A stretch of DNA of 63,946 nucleotides, filler included, from Reticulomyxa filosa (taxonomy: Eukaryota; Protista; Foraminifera): the NCBI GenBank assembly GCA_000512085.1. It is 16 parts of 16 records of this genome, joined end to end, with 100 filler letters (N's around TTAATTAATTAA, not from the genome) between each part and the next. Parts side by side here need not be neighbours in the genome. Positions count along the whole stretch, not along the records: positions 1 to 6,779 come from ASPP01029492.1; positions 6,880 to 14,551 come from ASPP01037399.1; 14 more parts are not named here. The stretch is one strand, 5' to 3'. Made by a program: the position numbers and the translations under genes. This document shows positions 1-12,776 of this stretch, in pieces (position 1 is the first letter of the stretch; the number at the start of each line of letters is the position of its first letter). Under the pieces are notes generated by a model. That model made no database searches. It was not told the origin of the DNA and saw nothing but the letters and a program-made list of their open reading frames with translations.

Positions 1-54
1 AAAAAATTATGATGATTATACGTTTAATCAAAAAAAAAAAAAAAGATTTACAAG

Positions 55-1115
55 TTGGTCTGGTCGTGGTCGGCCTGACGTTACTGGTGCTGTCCAGTTT
101 GTCTATTTTCCTTGGATTTCGAAATTTTCATTTGAACACGGTCGTCTACAATCGACAAGTATATTCGATTTGCAAAAGCCGCGATTTCTCTTTTCTTGAA
201 TCCCTTCTTTACGTACTGTATGGCATTCCATTTTTATATATTGGTCAGTTCTGATGCTACTTCCTCCAATTTATTGCAACTTTAGAAGAGATACTTAAAT
301 GATACATATACATATATGCATATATACGTATACGTGTACGTGTATCCACTTTTGAGATATGCACACATGATACAAAATATAAGGCCGACTTGCATACCAC
401 TTGCGCCATGTGACAAAGGAGTGGCATGAAAGATCGAAAGGCGCAGTTATGAAATACAATGACAGCAAATGGGTGATGCTGATCAGTTACAATGTCTTTG
501 TAAGCATGGTGTTGTTGATATTCTTGGATCATACAGCATTCATCGATCCATTGAACTACTTCTTTGGTAAGGGTCTGACGCTGATCATTGTCATCACGAC
601 CAACATTTCTTTGTACATTGTTCCAAAGTTGTTCCGGACGGAACTCATGTGCGTTCATTTCCTCCGTTACTTGTGTGCCAAAATGTGCTCTGACCAACAG
701 GCAATTCTAAGTCCAACGAGTCTTTCCCCTATCTCTCCGAACTCACAACTCGATTCCCCTGGGGGCTCACACAATTGGAGATATCTCATCATTGATCGCC
801 AAAACAAAGAGAATCTTTACAAGGACATGGGATTAATTAAAGAATACTTAGGTCCTTTGGGTTATCGCATTGTTCGTGAAACACGAGAATGTTATGATGT
901 CTTTGTGTGTTTGCACAATATATACATATATTTATATATCTTCTTTTTTTTTTTTTTTTTACTATCTTATAATTCGTATCTGTTGTCTATATATAGTGAC
1001 TAACTCGCAAAAGGAAGGCACTCCAATTCCAACAAAACCAACTCCAGATGAATCAATTCATGAAATTGAACTTCACAGAAAAAACTCGGAAAAAACACTT
1101 GGCTCTGAGAGCTGA
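55..1115 (+). CDS. 3' part of a class C (GABA-B/glutamate-like) 7TM GPCR, spliced, 5' truncated
   Basis: Hydrophobic helices plus KYNDSKWVMLISYNV and ISLYIVPKL, matching the class C motifs FNESK-I---YN (TM6) and LF-PK (TM7). AT-rich introns at about 243-356 and 890-998. Confidence 0.75.
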
Positions 1116-2334
1116 ACCTTAACCTCTATGTGCCCAATGTCGACACGTTTTTCAGGGCAACAATCGCTGTTCAAAATTCGTCTCTCTCCTTTTTTTTTTT
1201 TTTTGCCTTGTTTCTTGTCATATCTTTACTGTTCGTGTGCATGTGAAAAACTCTCTTTGCTTTTGCTAGTAAAAATTGCTTCAAAACAGCTGCAACTTTT
1301 TGGAATGCAGGCAAGTTTTTAAGTGGAGCACACACTCAGATCGGTTATCTTTCAAAGTTTGTAAATTGTTTATCCTTTTGGTCTTGTTTGACCATAAGTA
1401 ATAGCGCAATATCATCTCAACTTGAAACAAACACTTTTGTAAGACATAATTTATCCATCATGAAAGTTTCTTCGTCTTCTAAAACTCTTTAACAAAAAAA
1501 AAGAACAAATCAATCTAACATTTTCAACAGTAGCTTTTCCATTGTCCATTATAGTAAAAAGTTTTCCAAGTTGAACCAAAAAAGTCCGTACAGTTGCTGT
1601 AAAAAAACAAATTTGAAACAATGGATTAACTGAAACAGAAATTTGAACGTGATTACTGTGCCTTGAAGACTATTACATATCTAAAGAATCAAATTTTCAA
1701 TTTGTAAAACAATATTTCTCAAAGGTATAAAAAAAGTGATAATACTAAACAAACTGAATTTTTATGAATTAAATTCCACATTTGATATCGATATCTAACA
1801 CAAATGATTTTTACTAATTTTCGTTACATTTTTGATATAAATTTGATCAACGAGTTTGATAAATTTTGAAAAAAAAAAGTGTTATTCATGTGATTGAATT
1901 AGTACATATAATTAAATTTTAAAACTGTTTTTATATATTGAAAATATCTCCAATTGTTGTCCAAGTCAATGTCATTATATTCATTTAATTTTTTTTTCAT
2001 TTGATCATCAACAGAAAAAGATTAAAAATATATACTATTTTCATTTTACGTGAACAGCACTTCTTTTTTTTAAAGATGAAAGAAATTTGTAAAAAATAAA
2101 TTTTTAGTTTGTGATAATGGCTTTTGGATGACAGAATAATACACACAATAAAATCTTTGTGTTTATTTTGTTTACTGGACAAAAAAAAAATTATTATAAC
2201 ATTTTTCAATAATAAAACACATTTGTAATAAATTTGCAAAGTTGTAGCATAGCAAACAAACATGACAACTCAACGACAAGTCGTGACAAGGTTAGAAAGG
2301 GACGAAACAGTGAAAAAAAAATCATAAATACTTA

Positions 2335-3127
2335 ATGACCCAATTTTTAGCCTTTTCAACAATTCATGGTCTAGAAAAAGAATGTTTAGGAGAAGTGAAA
2401 GAACTATTGCACGAATATTTGAAAAAAGAGAAAATAGAATTGGATTTTTTGAAAGCTGTTTCTGACAAGGAGTACCTATCAACACGACGTGGTTACGTGG
2501 TATTGGAATGTCCGTCACAGTATTTGAACATGTCTCTGTTCGGAGCATTGACAAAGTTGAAGTCAGTGCAGCGAATAATATACTTAGTGGGCGAGTTTGT
2601 AAAGCTTCCAATGGATGACACAATGTTGTCGTATCTGCAAACGGAAATAACATCAAACAAAGAAACGAATAAAAAGTGGCAGCAAGGACACGACTATTGG
2701 AAGTCGATGTGTTTAGCAACAAGTTTGAATTATTTGGAAAACGACAGCGTCGACCATCGATTCAAATCGAGTTATATCAGATATATAGAGGCTAATAAAG
2801 GAACGGACGAGTCAAAGACGGACAAGCAATCGATACCAATCCGCGAATTGAATGTCGATGAGCCCACGTATCGGATTACATGCGATCGTATTGGCAGCCA
2901 CGTCCAAAAGACAGACATTTTGGAGCCACAACTGGCACACGTCATTCACACACAATTTCCAACGTGGCAAGTGAAATTAAGCTATCCTGATATCCATATT
3001 TATTTTGATTTATTTCATGAACAATGTTTGTTTGGAATTATTCTTCGAGATGGTTTGATTATTTTTTTTTTTTTTTTTGAAAATAAACAAATAAATTTTT
3101 TAAAAAAAAATATATACATATATGTAC

Positions 3128-3160
<33 letters not shown>

Positions 3161-4168
3161 CAAAGGGATGCATCGACGCAATCGTCGCAATTTGCAACAC
3201 CACTTTCAAACGGCATTGAATCCATGCTTGTGTTATTTGCTGGCACGTATTGCTGATATTAAGCCTCACATGTATGTGTGTGACCCAATGTGTGGGATTG
3301 GTAGCATCCTCATTGAGTCGTTCTTGTCCTATCCTCACGCCACTTATATCGGAACAGATTGGAAGTTTAAACCTGTCCAAGAGGCAATTTGCAATACAAA
3401 ATATTGCAATATCCCATTATTAAACACTAGTGACCTGAAGTTTTCAATATACAATTTTTCATTTGTTCAAAAAAAAAAAAAAACAAAAAAAAAAACACAA
3501 ATGGAGAGATGAAACATGTGGCATAGAGAAGACAACATAAATGACGAACAAAAGTATGGAATATGTTTCACAACTGTCGATGTTACCACCATTTATCCTC
3601 CTCAATGCAATAGCATTTACTCCAAGCTGAAAAATAAAATTGATGTTGTCATCACTGACCCTCCTTTTGGACATAAACATGGAACCTATCAAAATAATCG
3701 AGAACATTTGTATCCCAAGATGATCAAATCCTTGATGTCTTTGATCAAGCCCGTTACGGGCAAATTATTGATGGTATTGAACAAAGTTCTATACAACTAT
3801 GTCATTTCATTTTTTTTTATTTGTTTATTTTTTTTTTTTTTTTCATATAGGCAACAATGGAAAGAAAATTAGTCAAAGAATTATTACAGCAAATGTACGG
3901 AGACGAGGGGTGCAAGTACGAGACAAAAGAAGTCGACATTGGGGGATTTAATGCATTATTGTTTATTATCCAAAAACTTAAAGTGGAAGAAGACACTATT
4001 GAAAAGGACACACACGCTCCAAAAAAGAAAGAAAAGAAAGAAAAGAAAAAAACAGGTAAGAAATCGACCGGAAACACATCTCACGCAAGCAATAAAATTA
4101 TTGCTATTACACTTTTAGTTTTGGTGTTAGGATTAGTGGCCAAATTGCTGTTGAACAGCTTTTGGTAG
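2335..4168 (+). CDS. THUMP-domain RNA (guanine-N2) methyltransferase, THUMPD2/3-like, 4 exons
   Basis: N-terminal HGLEKECLGEV, THUMP segment TYRITCDRIG...WQVKLSYPD, SAM-binding CDPMCGIGSILIE and DVVITDPPFG. GT-AG intron 3053-3165 joins RDG to MHRRN in frame; further introns at about 3430-3528 and 3786-3850. Confidence 0.88.
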
Positions 4169-4599
4169 AGTGTTTTTTTTTTTTGTCATCTTCACTCGTT
4201 TGCCTATCCTATGCTATCCTTGTTTTGTTACTTGAACTAATAAATTTTTTAAAAATCTGTACCAAACGGTCATCGAGAGGTACAAACAATCAACACTAAG
4301 TATCATTAGTCGTTCTGAGAAAGAAAAACATTCATACTTTCGTTAATGTTCTTCTTCTCCAAAGTAAGCAAGCAAAATCATAGTAAACAGCTCGATTGGG
4401 TATGTAACCAATTGTAAATGCGGTCATGTCAGTTGCAGAATATAATGCTCTGATTTGTAATTTTGAAATTTTTTGTAGGAATTGACTTACATTGATTGTT
4501 GTACAAAGAGAATTTTTTTGTTAAACATGGCTCATTCCAAAAAATGACATAGACAAAACAACAGTATGACAAAACTAACAAAAAAAAAAAAGGTGGAGA

Positions 4600-6779
4600 C
4601 TATAACAAACTGTTGCTTAACTTTTTCTTTTCTTTCAATTTCATAAGTTCTGCTTGTAGCTCGGGTGGTAATTGATTTTCAACATATTTTTTGTTTTCCT
4701 TGTAACATTTGTCACAAACGCGTTGCGGCTTCGTATATCCCAAGTGTGTCAGTGGCAATTTGCTAGACGAGCATTTCTTACAAAACACCTGTTCACAATT
4801 CTTGCATGTGTGACGGGTCCTCCAAAATGTGAAAGGTAGCTGGCAGTCAGTGCAAGTCATCGCATCGACGGCGGGTGTTTCTACTTGAGTAAGACTTTGA
4901 GCATCGGCCATGCGAGTGTTCAAATCCTCAAGCTCGTCGTATTGCAAAAAGAAGTCACTGAAAATGGGTTGCAAACTGGTAGGAGTTAGGACAAGCTCCA
5001 AAAACTATGATGATCATTTTTTTTTTTTTTTAAAAAAAAAAACCTGATGACAGTTTGGAGGCACAAAATTTTTTTAGTTTGGAGCAAGACTTAATTTACC
5101 TTTTTCGATGAGTCAGGGTTGTATTTCTCGCTTCGTGAAACAGGCCACGACCACAATGACACGCATCTTTCGGGAATACGGTTGTCAACACGTTCTTTTT
5201 CACAATTCAACAAAAAATTTCCAAACCAATGAGACTGGTGATGGTCCGCTAATCGAATTAAAAAGGAAGAATCAAACTCAAATTCTTCGGGATATTGTTG
5301 CATGATATGCCAAACACACTCCAAAAATTGGAAAAAAATGGGTGATCTTTCGTCAGGTTTTTGTGTGGTCCCATTTCTGTCCATGAACTTGTATCCAAAA
5401 GCGGTCCACTCCTTTTCGATAATCATTATGAACCCGCGAATAGTACGACAGAAAGGATCGATCAGAATTTGTGCCAATGAAGACAGCTGTGAAGTGCGAT
5501 CCCAGCCGTCGGAGCAATGGACAACAGCTGCCAAATTGTCCTATGTTGTGTGTTTTGAAACAGAGCCATTTCCCCCACACAAATATATATGTACATATAC
5601 GTATGTGTGTATATACATCATATATACAGATATGCTCAAATACGTAACAAATGTTAAAAAAATTAAACTGTCAACACAATTCGGCGTGCAATAAGAGAGG
5701 CACCGCTAAGCACTTTCCGAATGTACGACGGCCACATGGTTTTGGAAATGGCAGTGGTCCAATCAACCTCGGTGACAGCAGGACTGGTGACGACTCGACA
5801 AAGCTCGTCAAAGGATTTCCTCATGGCATGAATATTGTCGATATCTAAGAAGACTACTTTTGACTTTGTGTACCAACTGGAAGATTCAGTGCCATGTCCC
5901 TTTAGTTTGAAGAACAGAGAGAGAGACGTATAAACAATGGCATACATTATACACACGTATACATATATACATATATACATATATATATATATAGTATAAA
6001 TTTTTTTTTAATTTAAAAAAAAAAAACTCGGAGTCTATTGGCATGAGCAGCAGCCTCGCTTCTGGCGTCGAAAAAGACCAACTCCGCATTGGCTCCGCAT
6101 GTGACACGTATAACTTCAAAGTACTCTTTGTCGGCGTTGGAGTCTTTGTCGAAGACGCCGCGATTGGGCTGAGCGCAGCGCACCATGGTATTGCGCGACG
6201 GTTCGTGGAAGTAGGTCAAGACGGGGAGTCTGCCTTTGCTGCGGAACTTGGAGGCTTTTTTGACGAGCTCGTCGGACACGCTGGTGGGGACGTAGAAGAT
6301 GCAGGGATAGCTCGGACAGACGTCGTAGTTGGAGTTGCAAGTGGAGGGCCTCCACTTCATGGCGGGGACCTTTTGGCGTTGGAACTCTTCGTCCCAGTCG
6401 AACACGTCCCAGCAAGCATTGGGATACGACGTATGTCCGCGGACGTCAGTTTGCAAAGTGGAGTGGCGATACGCAAGGGCGAGATCGAACGTGATGGGAT
6501 CATTGATTACGTGATCGTTCAGACGTTTGTACAGCTCGAGCAAAAAGGTGCTCTTTTGAGTAAACTCCTCGTCAAACACCTGGCCCTCGTTGGGCGTGTT
6601 CGTGTATTCATTCTTGTTGTGTGGCTTTGCTACGCGCTTCTTCTTCGAATACAGCTTGAAAAACGACTTCTTTTCTTTACTGCTATCAAACGTCGCATAC
6701 GTCTCCGACTCGCTTGGCGTCTCGGCGGTGATCATGGCCGTGGCCATGGCCATAGCCGTAGCCGTAGCCGTAGCCGTAG
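4600..6779 (-). CDS. Myotubularin-family phosphoinositide phosphatase with C-terminal FYVE-like finger, 5' truncated
   Basis: Catalytic VVHCSDGWDRT; conserved FRSKGRLPVL, RCAQP, DARS, IDNIHAMRKS, IEKEWTAFG, ERSPIFFQFL. Last exon has an 8-Cys-type FYVE pattern ending RVCDKC. Confidence 0.95.
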
Positions 6780-6879
6780 NNNNNNNNNNNNNNNNNNNNN
6801 NNNNNNNNNNNNNNNNNNNNNNNTTAATTAATTAANNNNNNNNNNNNNNNNNNNNNNNNNNNNNNNNNNNNNNNNNNNN
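6780..6879. other. Artificial contig linker N44-TTAATTAATTAA-N44. The same linker recurs at 14552, 17154, 18738, 22891, 27690, 32349, 47605, 49024, 50178, 54403, 56445, 58880, 60151 and 62844.
   Basis: Identical 100-nt spacer with stops in all six frames, seen 15 times. Confidence 0.99.
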
Positions 6880-6880
6880 A

Positions 6881-6975
6881 AGAATATTTAGTTACAATAT
6901 TTCACAACTGCATCAAGGTGGATATATTTATACCGTTTCAGAAGACTGGACAATCCAAATATGAGACGCAAACAG
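6881..6975 (+). pseudogene. WD40 repeat remnant
   Basis: Translates GGYIYTVSEDWTIQI*DA, a WD repeat ending with TGA at the Trp position of WD. Confidence 0.5.
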
Positions 6976-7553
6976 GATATGAAATATAAAAGTTGGAAGG
7001 ATACAAGTATATTTAAAAAATTTATTATTTAAGTAAACAAGCAAGCTCAAGTAAGACCAGTGCGAACACATCAAAACGAAGGTCAGATATCTGTCAATAT
7101 ATTACTCTTAAAACAGATATCAAGTCCCATGTTTCGATCAATTTAGTATCATTTTGTTTTCTTCTTTAAGTTAACATGGTTCAAAAGATTAAAAAGGGGC
7201 AGTGGTTTACCAAATCAGGACAGATATGGTCATGATACTGACGCGGATTGCGGCATTAACAGCAGTACTGAGGCAACTTACAATATTTGACTTTTTTGGC
7301 TTTTGTTGAAATTTGCTTGTGTTTGGTTTTTTCATTCTTTTGATTGCTAGTTTATTGCTTGTTTGTGAGAAAAAATTAGTTGTATTGTTTACATAAAAAC
7401 AAAGTATACTTAATGTAATGTGCAATAAATTGGACAAATAAAAAAGAGAATAATACGTGACAAAAAAAAGGTAATGCTTGACTTAATTAAAAATCGTACC
7501 CAAGAATTTTTTTTAACAAAACTTATAGCATTTTATCTATACATAAAACGTTG

Positions 7554-10500
7554 TCAATTATTTGTGTTTTGTCTGTACAACTCGTAGAGGTAGGCATAAC
7601 CAGCAGCACAATACTCCCAAGTGAGTGAATTTCTTGGGAAAAATTCCAGCTCGTTTTCAAAAAATATGATGTTTTCTAACCAGTCACAGAAGGGTTCCTT
7701 TTTTTTCAAATCTCTCATCGCTTCTCCTCCCGAGATTGTGCCACCTCTCTCCAAGCTTCTAAAATTTCCTTTACTATTCTCAAAGGTGTCTTTTTTATCA
7801 TTTCTTGCAGCTGTTGTTTTAATGATTCTGTTAAAGGCACTCTGTAAATGTCCAATATATAACTGTCAATTGTACTTATATCGATAAACTTCAACACAGC
7901 ATCGTGTAAAAGTCGACATAAGTTACACATATGTCTGCATAGTATGAAGCTTTCTTGTTCCTCTTCTACATTCATGGCAAATAGTTTGCAGTCTTTTTCA
8001 TCGAATGACATTTGTTCAAGTAATTCCACAAAGCGTTTGTCCCTGTACATGAAGTAAAAAAAAAAAAATCAAAATATTAAAAAGTAGTGATAATTTTGTC
8101 TTGCTTGGTTGTTCATGACTTAACAAGTCAATTATTTTGATATTTTGAGAAACAAAGATGATGACTTCATTCAATATTTCCAAAGCCCTTTGCACATCGC
8201 TTTTCGATTTCAATGAAGAAAGAACAAGTTTCAACAATGGATGATCAATTGACTCTTTTTTCATCTCCTTGTTGTTTTCCTCAATAATCGCCATATTAAC
8301 TTTGATGTTCAATTGATTGGAAAATTGAAATAAAGGAATACCAATTTCCAACATTTGACGATTTTTAACAAATCGATCCTCAATTTCGTTTTCGATGGCA
8401 CGCAAATCCAACATGTTATTTCGAATTTGATGAATGGCTCCATATTCCAATAAGGGGAGACTCCACTGGGAAATTATTTCGGTTACTTGATCTTTGTCCA
8501 GATTAATGATATCAACTTTGTGAATATCAAACAAAGGCTTATTATTAACTGTCATTTGTTGTATTTGCTTGTGGTCATCATTGTCTATTTCATTTTTCTC
8601 GTCATTCTTTGCATCTTCTTTCTCTTCATTGTTTGCATATTTTTTTGACATTAGCATCACATTCTCTAAAAATTCATTGTGTATATCTTGCAACAATTCA
8701 ATGATTTTCACAATGATCAATCCATTTTCATTATCTCGCGCGATGGAAAACTCCAAACTAATTTCGTCATCATTATGTAATTTTGGAATAGTAAATGCCT
8801 TGCATTCATTTTTTACCTTTCGATTTGCCAATGCGTTCCAACATGTTTTGAAGCCACTCCATAATTGTTGATATGGCTCCACTTCATTTCCACAGTCTTT
8901 TTTTCCAACTCTTCAATTGTCTGGGCGATTGTCTTCTTTTGGCATTCTTGCTTTGTAATTTTTTGTGAAAAATGCAAATGCACACGTTTTATCCATTGTG
9001 CAAGAGTAGGCAAATACTTCACACTCCAAAGTTCATATTTCGAACACATCACATGATACAACAACGGGTATGTACGCTTTAATGAGGGCTCTATCATAAA
9101 CCTCTGGGCCAAGTCATCAAAGGTGACGTTATGGATAGTTAAAAACAAATGTGGGATATATTGTTTGCGATAACATTCGTCGATTACTCTGGTCTCCTCA
9201 ATTTCTGAGAGAATGATCTTCAACGCCTTGTCTTCGTTCACAGCAATTTTACTGCGATTGTTCAAGTCGTTGAATTTGTTAGTTTGGCTAAAAAAGCTAC
9301 AATACTGTGAGTCAAATTTTGTTTCAAATGCATAAGTAGTAGTGAGATCTATTCCGTTCAATCCATTTGGATACCATTGATTGAACGTTTGTGGTAAATT
9401 ATCCAATATTTGATGCAATACTACAGATAACAGTTCATCGTTCAATCGGGTGATCTTTCCTAACAATCTGAAATATCCAATCGCTTGTTTCCCCAAAAAT
9501 TTGGTCACTTCTGTTGCATTTTCTTTTTGTAACAGTTTTTGGAGTTGCTTGCATCCTTCTGGAACAGCCGCATTTCTGATCAATAATGCCAAATGAATTA
9601 GCAATCTCATCAGCGTGCATGCCACTTCAGAAATTTTTCTTATTTGTGTCATCCCCTCGTATCTCCAAAATAAATCTCCTATCGTTAATTCGTCATCTGA
9701 CCCATCCAAAATATATCCTTTAGGGATTTCTAGTAGTTTCATTCCACAGTTGGGATTTGAATGAGTTGTGTCACCAATTTCTTTTCCACATCCATCAACC
9801 GCACAAATTATCTTCTCTGTTGGATGACCACAACCAGTGATAAAGAATGGATGCATGTTTGGACAATAACTAATCGTGAAAGCCTCTCCATCATGTCTTG
9901 AACTTTTCAATACACGGACCAAATTCATCATCAAATTTTCTGGCATAGCTGGAATATGACCATTCATATATTCTTCAGGGGCTAATATTAATACCCGAAA
10001 TGGATTTTCTATTTTTCAAAAAATCATTTCTTAAAAAAAAATGTTTTGGAAAAAAAAAAAAAAAAGATGGAGTATATAACTGTTCATAATTTGGAGTGCA
10101 CCTAGAAAATGAAAACACAATCTTGAAATGAAGGCACTAGAGGCGTCACTGTCATATGCCAGCCTTAGATTCGCAGCAGTTGGAGGAAGCTGTTCACTTA
10201 GTAACACATTGACAAAGCTTTGTTCAATGTCGGTGCTTAGTACATCGCATTGCATTAAATAATCCTTTACCTCTATTTTTTTATTGTTGAAATTTTGCAA
10301 CGTATTCTGGAAAGGGAGAAAAAAAAGGAATCGTCTAATGCGATAAATAGGGGCTCTAACTCTTGAAATTTGGATTAAAGATGGAGCCACAAAGATTGGA
10401 TAAAGACAGAGCAGCAGCCAACAATGGAATAAAATCAGATTTATTTCCACTGTATTGTGGGTCCACTTTACCCGATTGAATTCCTTTCAAAAGCGTATCT

Positions 10501-12572
10501 CTGAAATTGGTATACTTATCTCCGTAAATGCCAATAAATGGGTCTGTTGAGGGGAGATTGGGCGGCTGGTATTTCAATACGGAAAACACATCACTCATTT
10601 GTGGCTGAACAAAGATTGGATAGTTTGTACGAATCATTTCACTCGTAAAAAATATTTGTGTCCAACCCATGCCTTTGGTAACATAGAATTGCTTCAGGAA
10701 CCATATGTGCAAGCTGTGTTGATAATACTTGTTTGTTTGATCAAAGTATGTTAGCAATTGGGATGCTTGTTGCATTATCATATGTAAGTCAATACTATTC
10801 TCCATTTCTGATATGGTAAGTGTATTCGTAACGGACAAAATGGAGTTAATACATTTGAACAGCTTTGCCTTCAGCTCTGAAATATCATGGATGACTTTAT
10901 TTGAACCATTGTATTTGATATCTGATGTACTTATATGCATGCGTTCCAATGCACGATTAAATAAGACTGCCTCATTCGAATCCAATGCGGGTATTTCATC
11001 CTCCCATTGATTTTGAATTAACTCTTCAAGGATTTGTAAACGAATCTGATCGATTTCATTTCTTGCACCTGACATCAAGTCTTGCACATTGCGAAATAAC
11101 TCGGTTATCGCAGAGCGATACACTTGTTGTTTATCTACAGTATCAAGTTTGTCAATTTGCTTCACCATTCTTAACATATGTCGAATGAAATGCAGACGTT
11201 TATTCAAAGCAAGATTCGTTCCTTTGAACATGCAATCCAAAATACCAAGTATTGTACTCTTGTCATTCAACCAACCATTCTCTGCTAATGACATGGCACG
11301 AAACAATGCATTGCTCAGGTTTGTTTGGTCAATCACTTGTCTTCCGAAATACTTTGCTCCAAGAATTTGAATTTGTGTTTGGCGACATAAGCACAATGTT
11401 TTTTCATATTCTTTGTTATCATCATACCAATCTTTTGAGAATTGTACAATTGTTGCAATTGCATTTTCTACTGGCTCCAAATTTTTGACAATATCACCCC
11501 AATCATTTTTAGATGAAAATGAAGTAAAGGATTTCAACAGCAAACAAATGGAGTCATTTAGTCTTGCACTTTCATTCCCCCCTTTTTCAACCACAATTTG
11601 AAACACAGACAATGAATTTGGATTCAATAACATTTCTTCCCAAATATGTTTTAAATCTTGTTCATTATTAATTTTATTACCTTATCTTGCACATTTCGAA
11701 GCAACACACGTTTATTGCCAATGCCAAATTGCCTTTTGACAAATTGCTTCATTTTCTCAAATGCACTGCGCCAATCGTATTTACTGCTATCGATTGATGT
11801 TGGTGAATTGAATGGGATCCAACTCACACGATGTCCGTCATATTCGAATATCAAACACATCTTTTTTTTTTTTTTTTGCTATTAAGTTTGAACGATAAAT
11901 AAAAATTAAAACAAAAAAATGGAAACGAAACAACAAGAATTTGAAAAGTATTCAAATTATTGTCAATCAACATTTCATCAAAATAATCCTTCAATTCATC
12001 CGCATTTTCAATTCTATCATCTCTGTTAGCTATTCTCGATAACAAAAAGAGCTTTTCATTGTTCTCTAATTTGAAATGCTCCAATATTTTGTTCCGTAAT
12101 TCGTTCCAATTTTTTTCCATAAATCTTTGACGATCGCCTCATTTGCATCACTCACATATTTTGGAGCGAATTCAAATTTTAATGTAATACCATCTGTTAC
12201 TTGCACTTTTTTATCTTTGATTTTCTTTTATGTATTTTTACAAAATCAACATTCTTTATCCACCATCTTTTGGATGAAAAAAAAATACTCCATTTTTTTT
12301 TTAGGGCTCACTTTAATCACAAAGTCCAAGCTTTTTAACCCTTTCGTACAACTCCCAAATTTTTGGAAGTCAGTGGGTAGGATTGCTTTGCCATCAATTT
12401 CTATAATGAAGCTCTCGTCGTATAAGTACTCTGAAAACACAGTTCGAATGTTGTTATATACGCCGTTCAAACCGTCTTGAACAGCGTTTAGACATATAGT
12501 CCTCAGTTTTCTTTTGATTGCAACACTTTTTTCATCAGGAGTAAATGTTGCTATTATCTTTGAAATTGACAT
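7554..12572 (-). CDS. RNF213-like E3 module protein (RZ finger plus C-terminal helical region) with N-terminal PB1/ubiquitin-like repeats; spliced, three apparent single-base frameshifts
   Basis: RZ finger YCPNMHPFFITGCGHPTEKIICAVDGC at 9865-9788, preceded by IPAMPEN and followed by GYIL and LMRLLIHLAL as in RNF213. C-terminal LRAIENEI and FPRNSLTWEYCAAGY. Confidence 0.8.
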
Positions 12573-12776
12573 TAGCAACAAAGCAAGACAGGAATTATCG
12601 TTAAAAAAAATTCTTTTACAGCACAGACCAAGTAAAGACGCTTAAGTTTGTAGAGTACCCCGGTTTTTGCACAAAACATTTACAAAAATTTGGAGCATGT
12701 ATTTATTCTAAACGAAATAGGTTTCCCATATACGATTACTTGCTACTGCATTGTGCAAATCAAGCCTCTCCCGGCA

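Noticed and set aside
6043-6831. 262-aa + strand ORF
   Set aside because: Antisense shadow of the GC-rich myotubularin exon, and it runs into Ns.
6824-6835. TTAATTAATTAA palindrome recurring 15 times
   Set aside because: Always centred in N-runs; an artificial six-frame-stop contig linker, not a biological repeat or CRISPR array.
6962-6964. In-frame TGA/TAA/TAG at conserved positions as an alternative genetic code
   Set aside because: They occur only in sequences that also carry frameshifts; intact genes terminate with all three stops and have none internally.
8880-12120. Three frameshifts in the RNF213-like gene (near 8900, 11675 and 12112) as programmed frameshifting
   Set aside because: Each is fixed by adding one A to an A-run and none has an adjacent stop or stimulator; typical homopolymer sequencing error, though pseudogenisation is not excluded.
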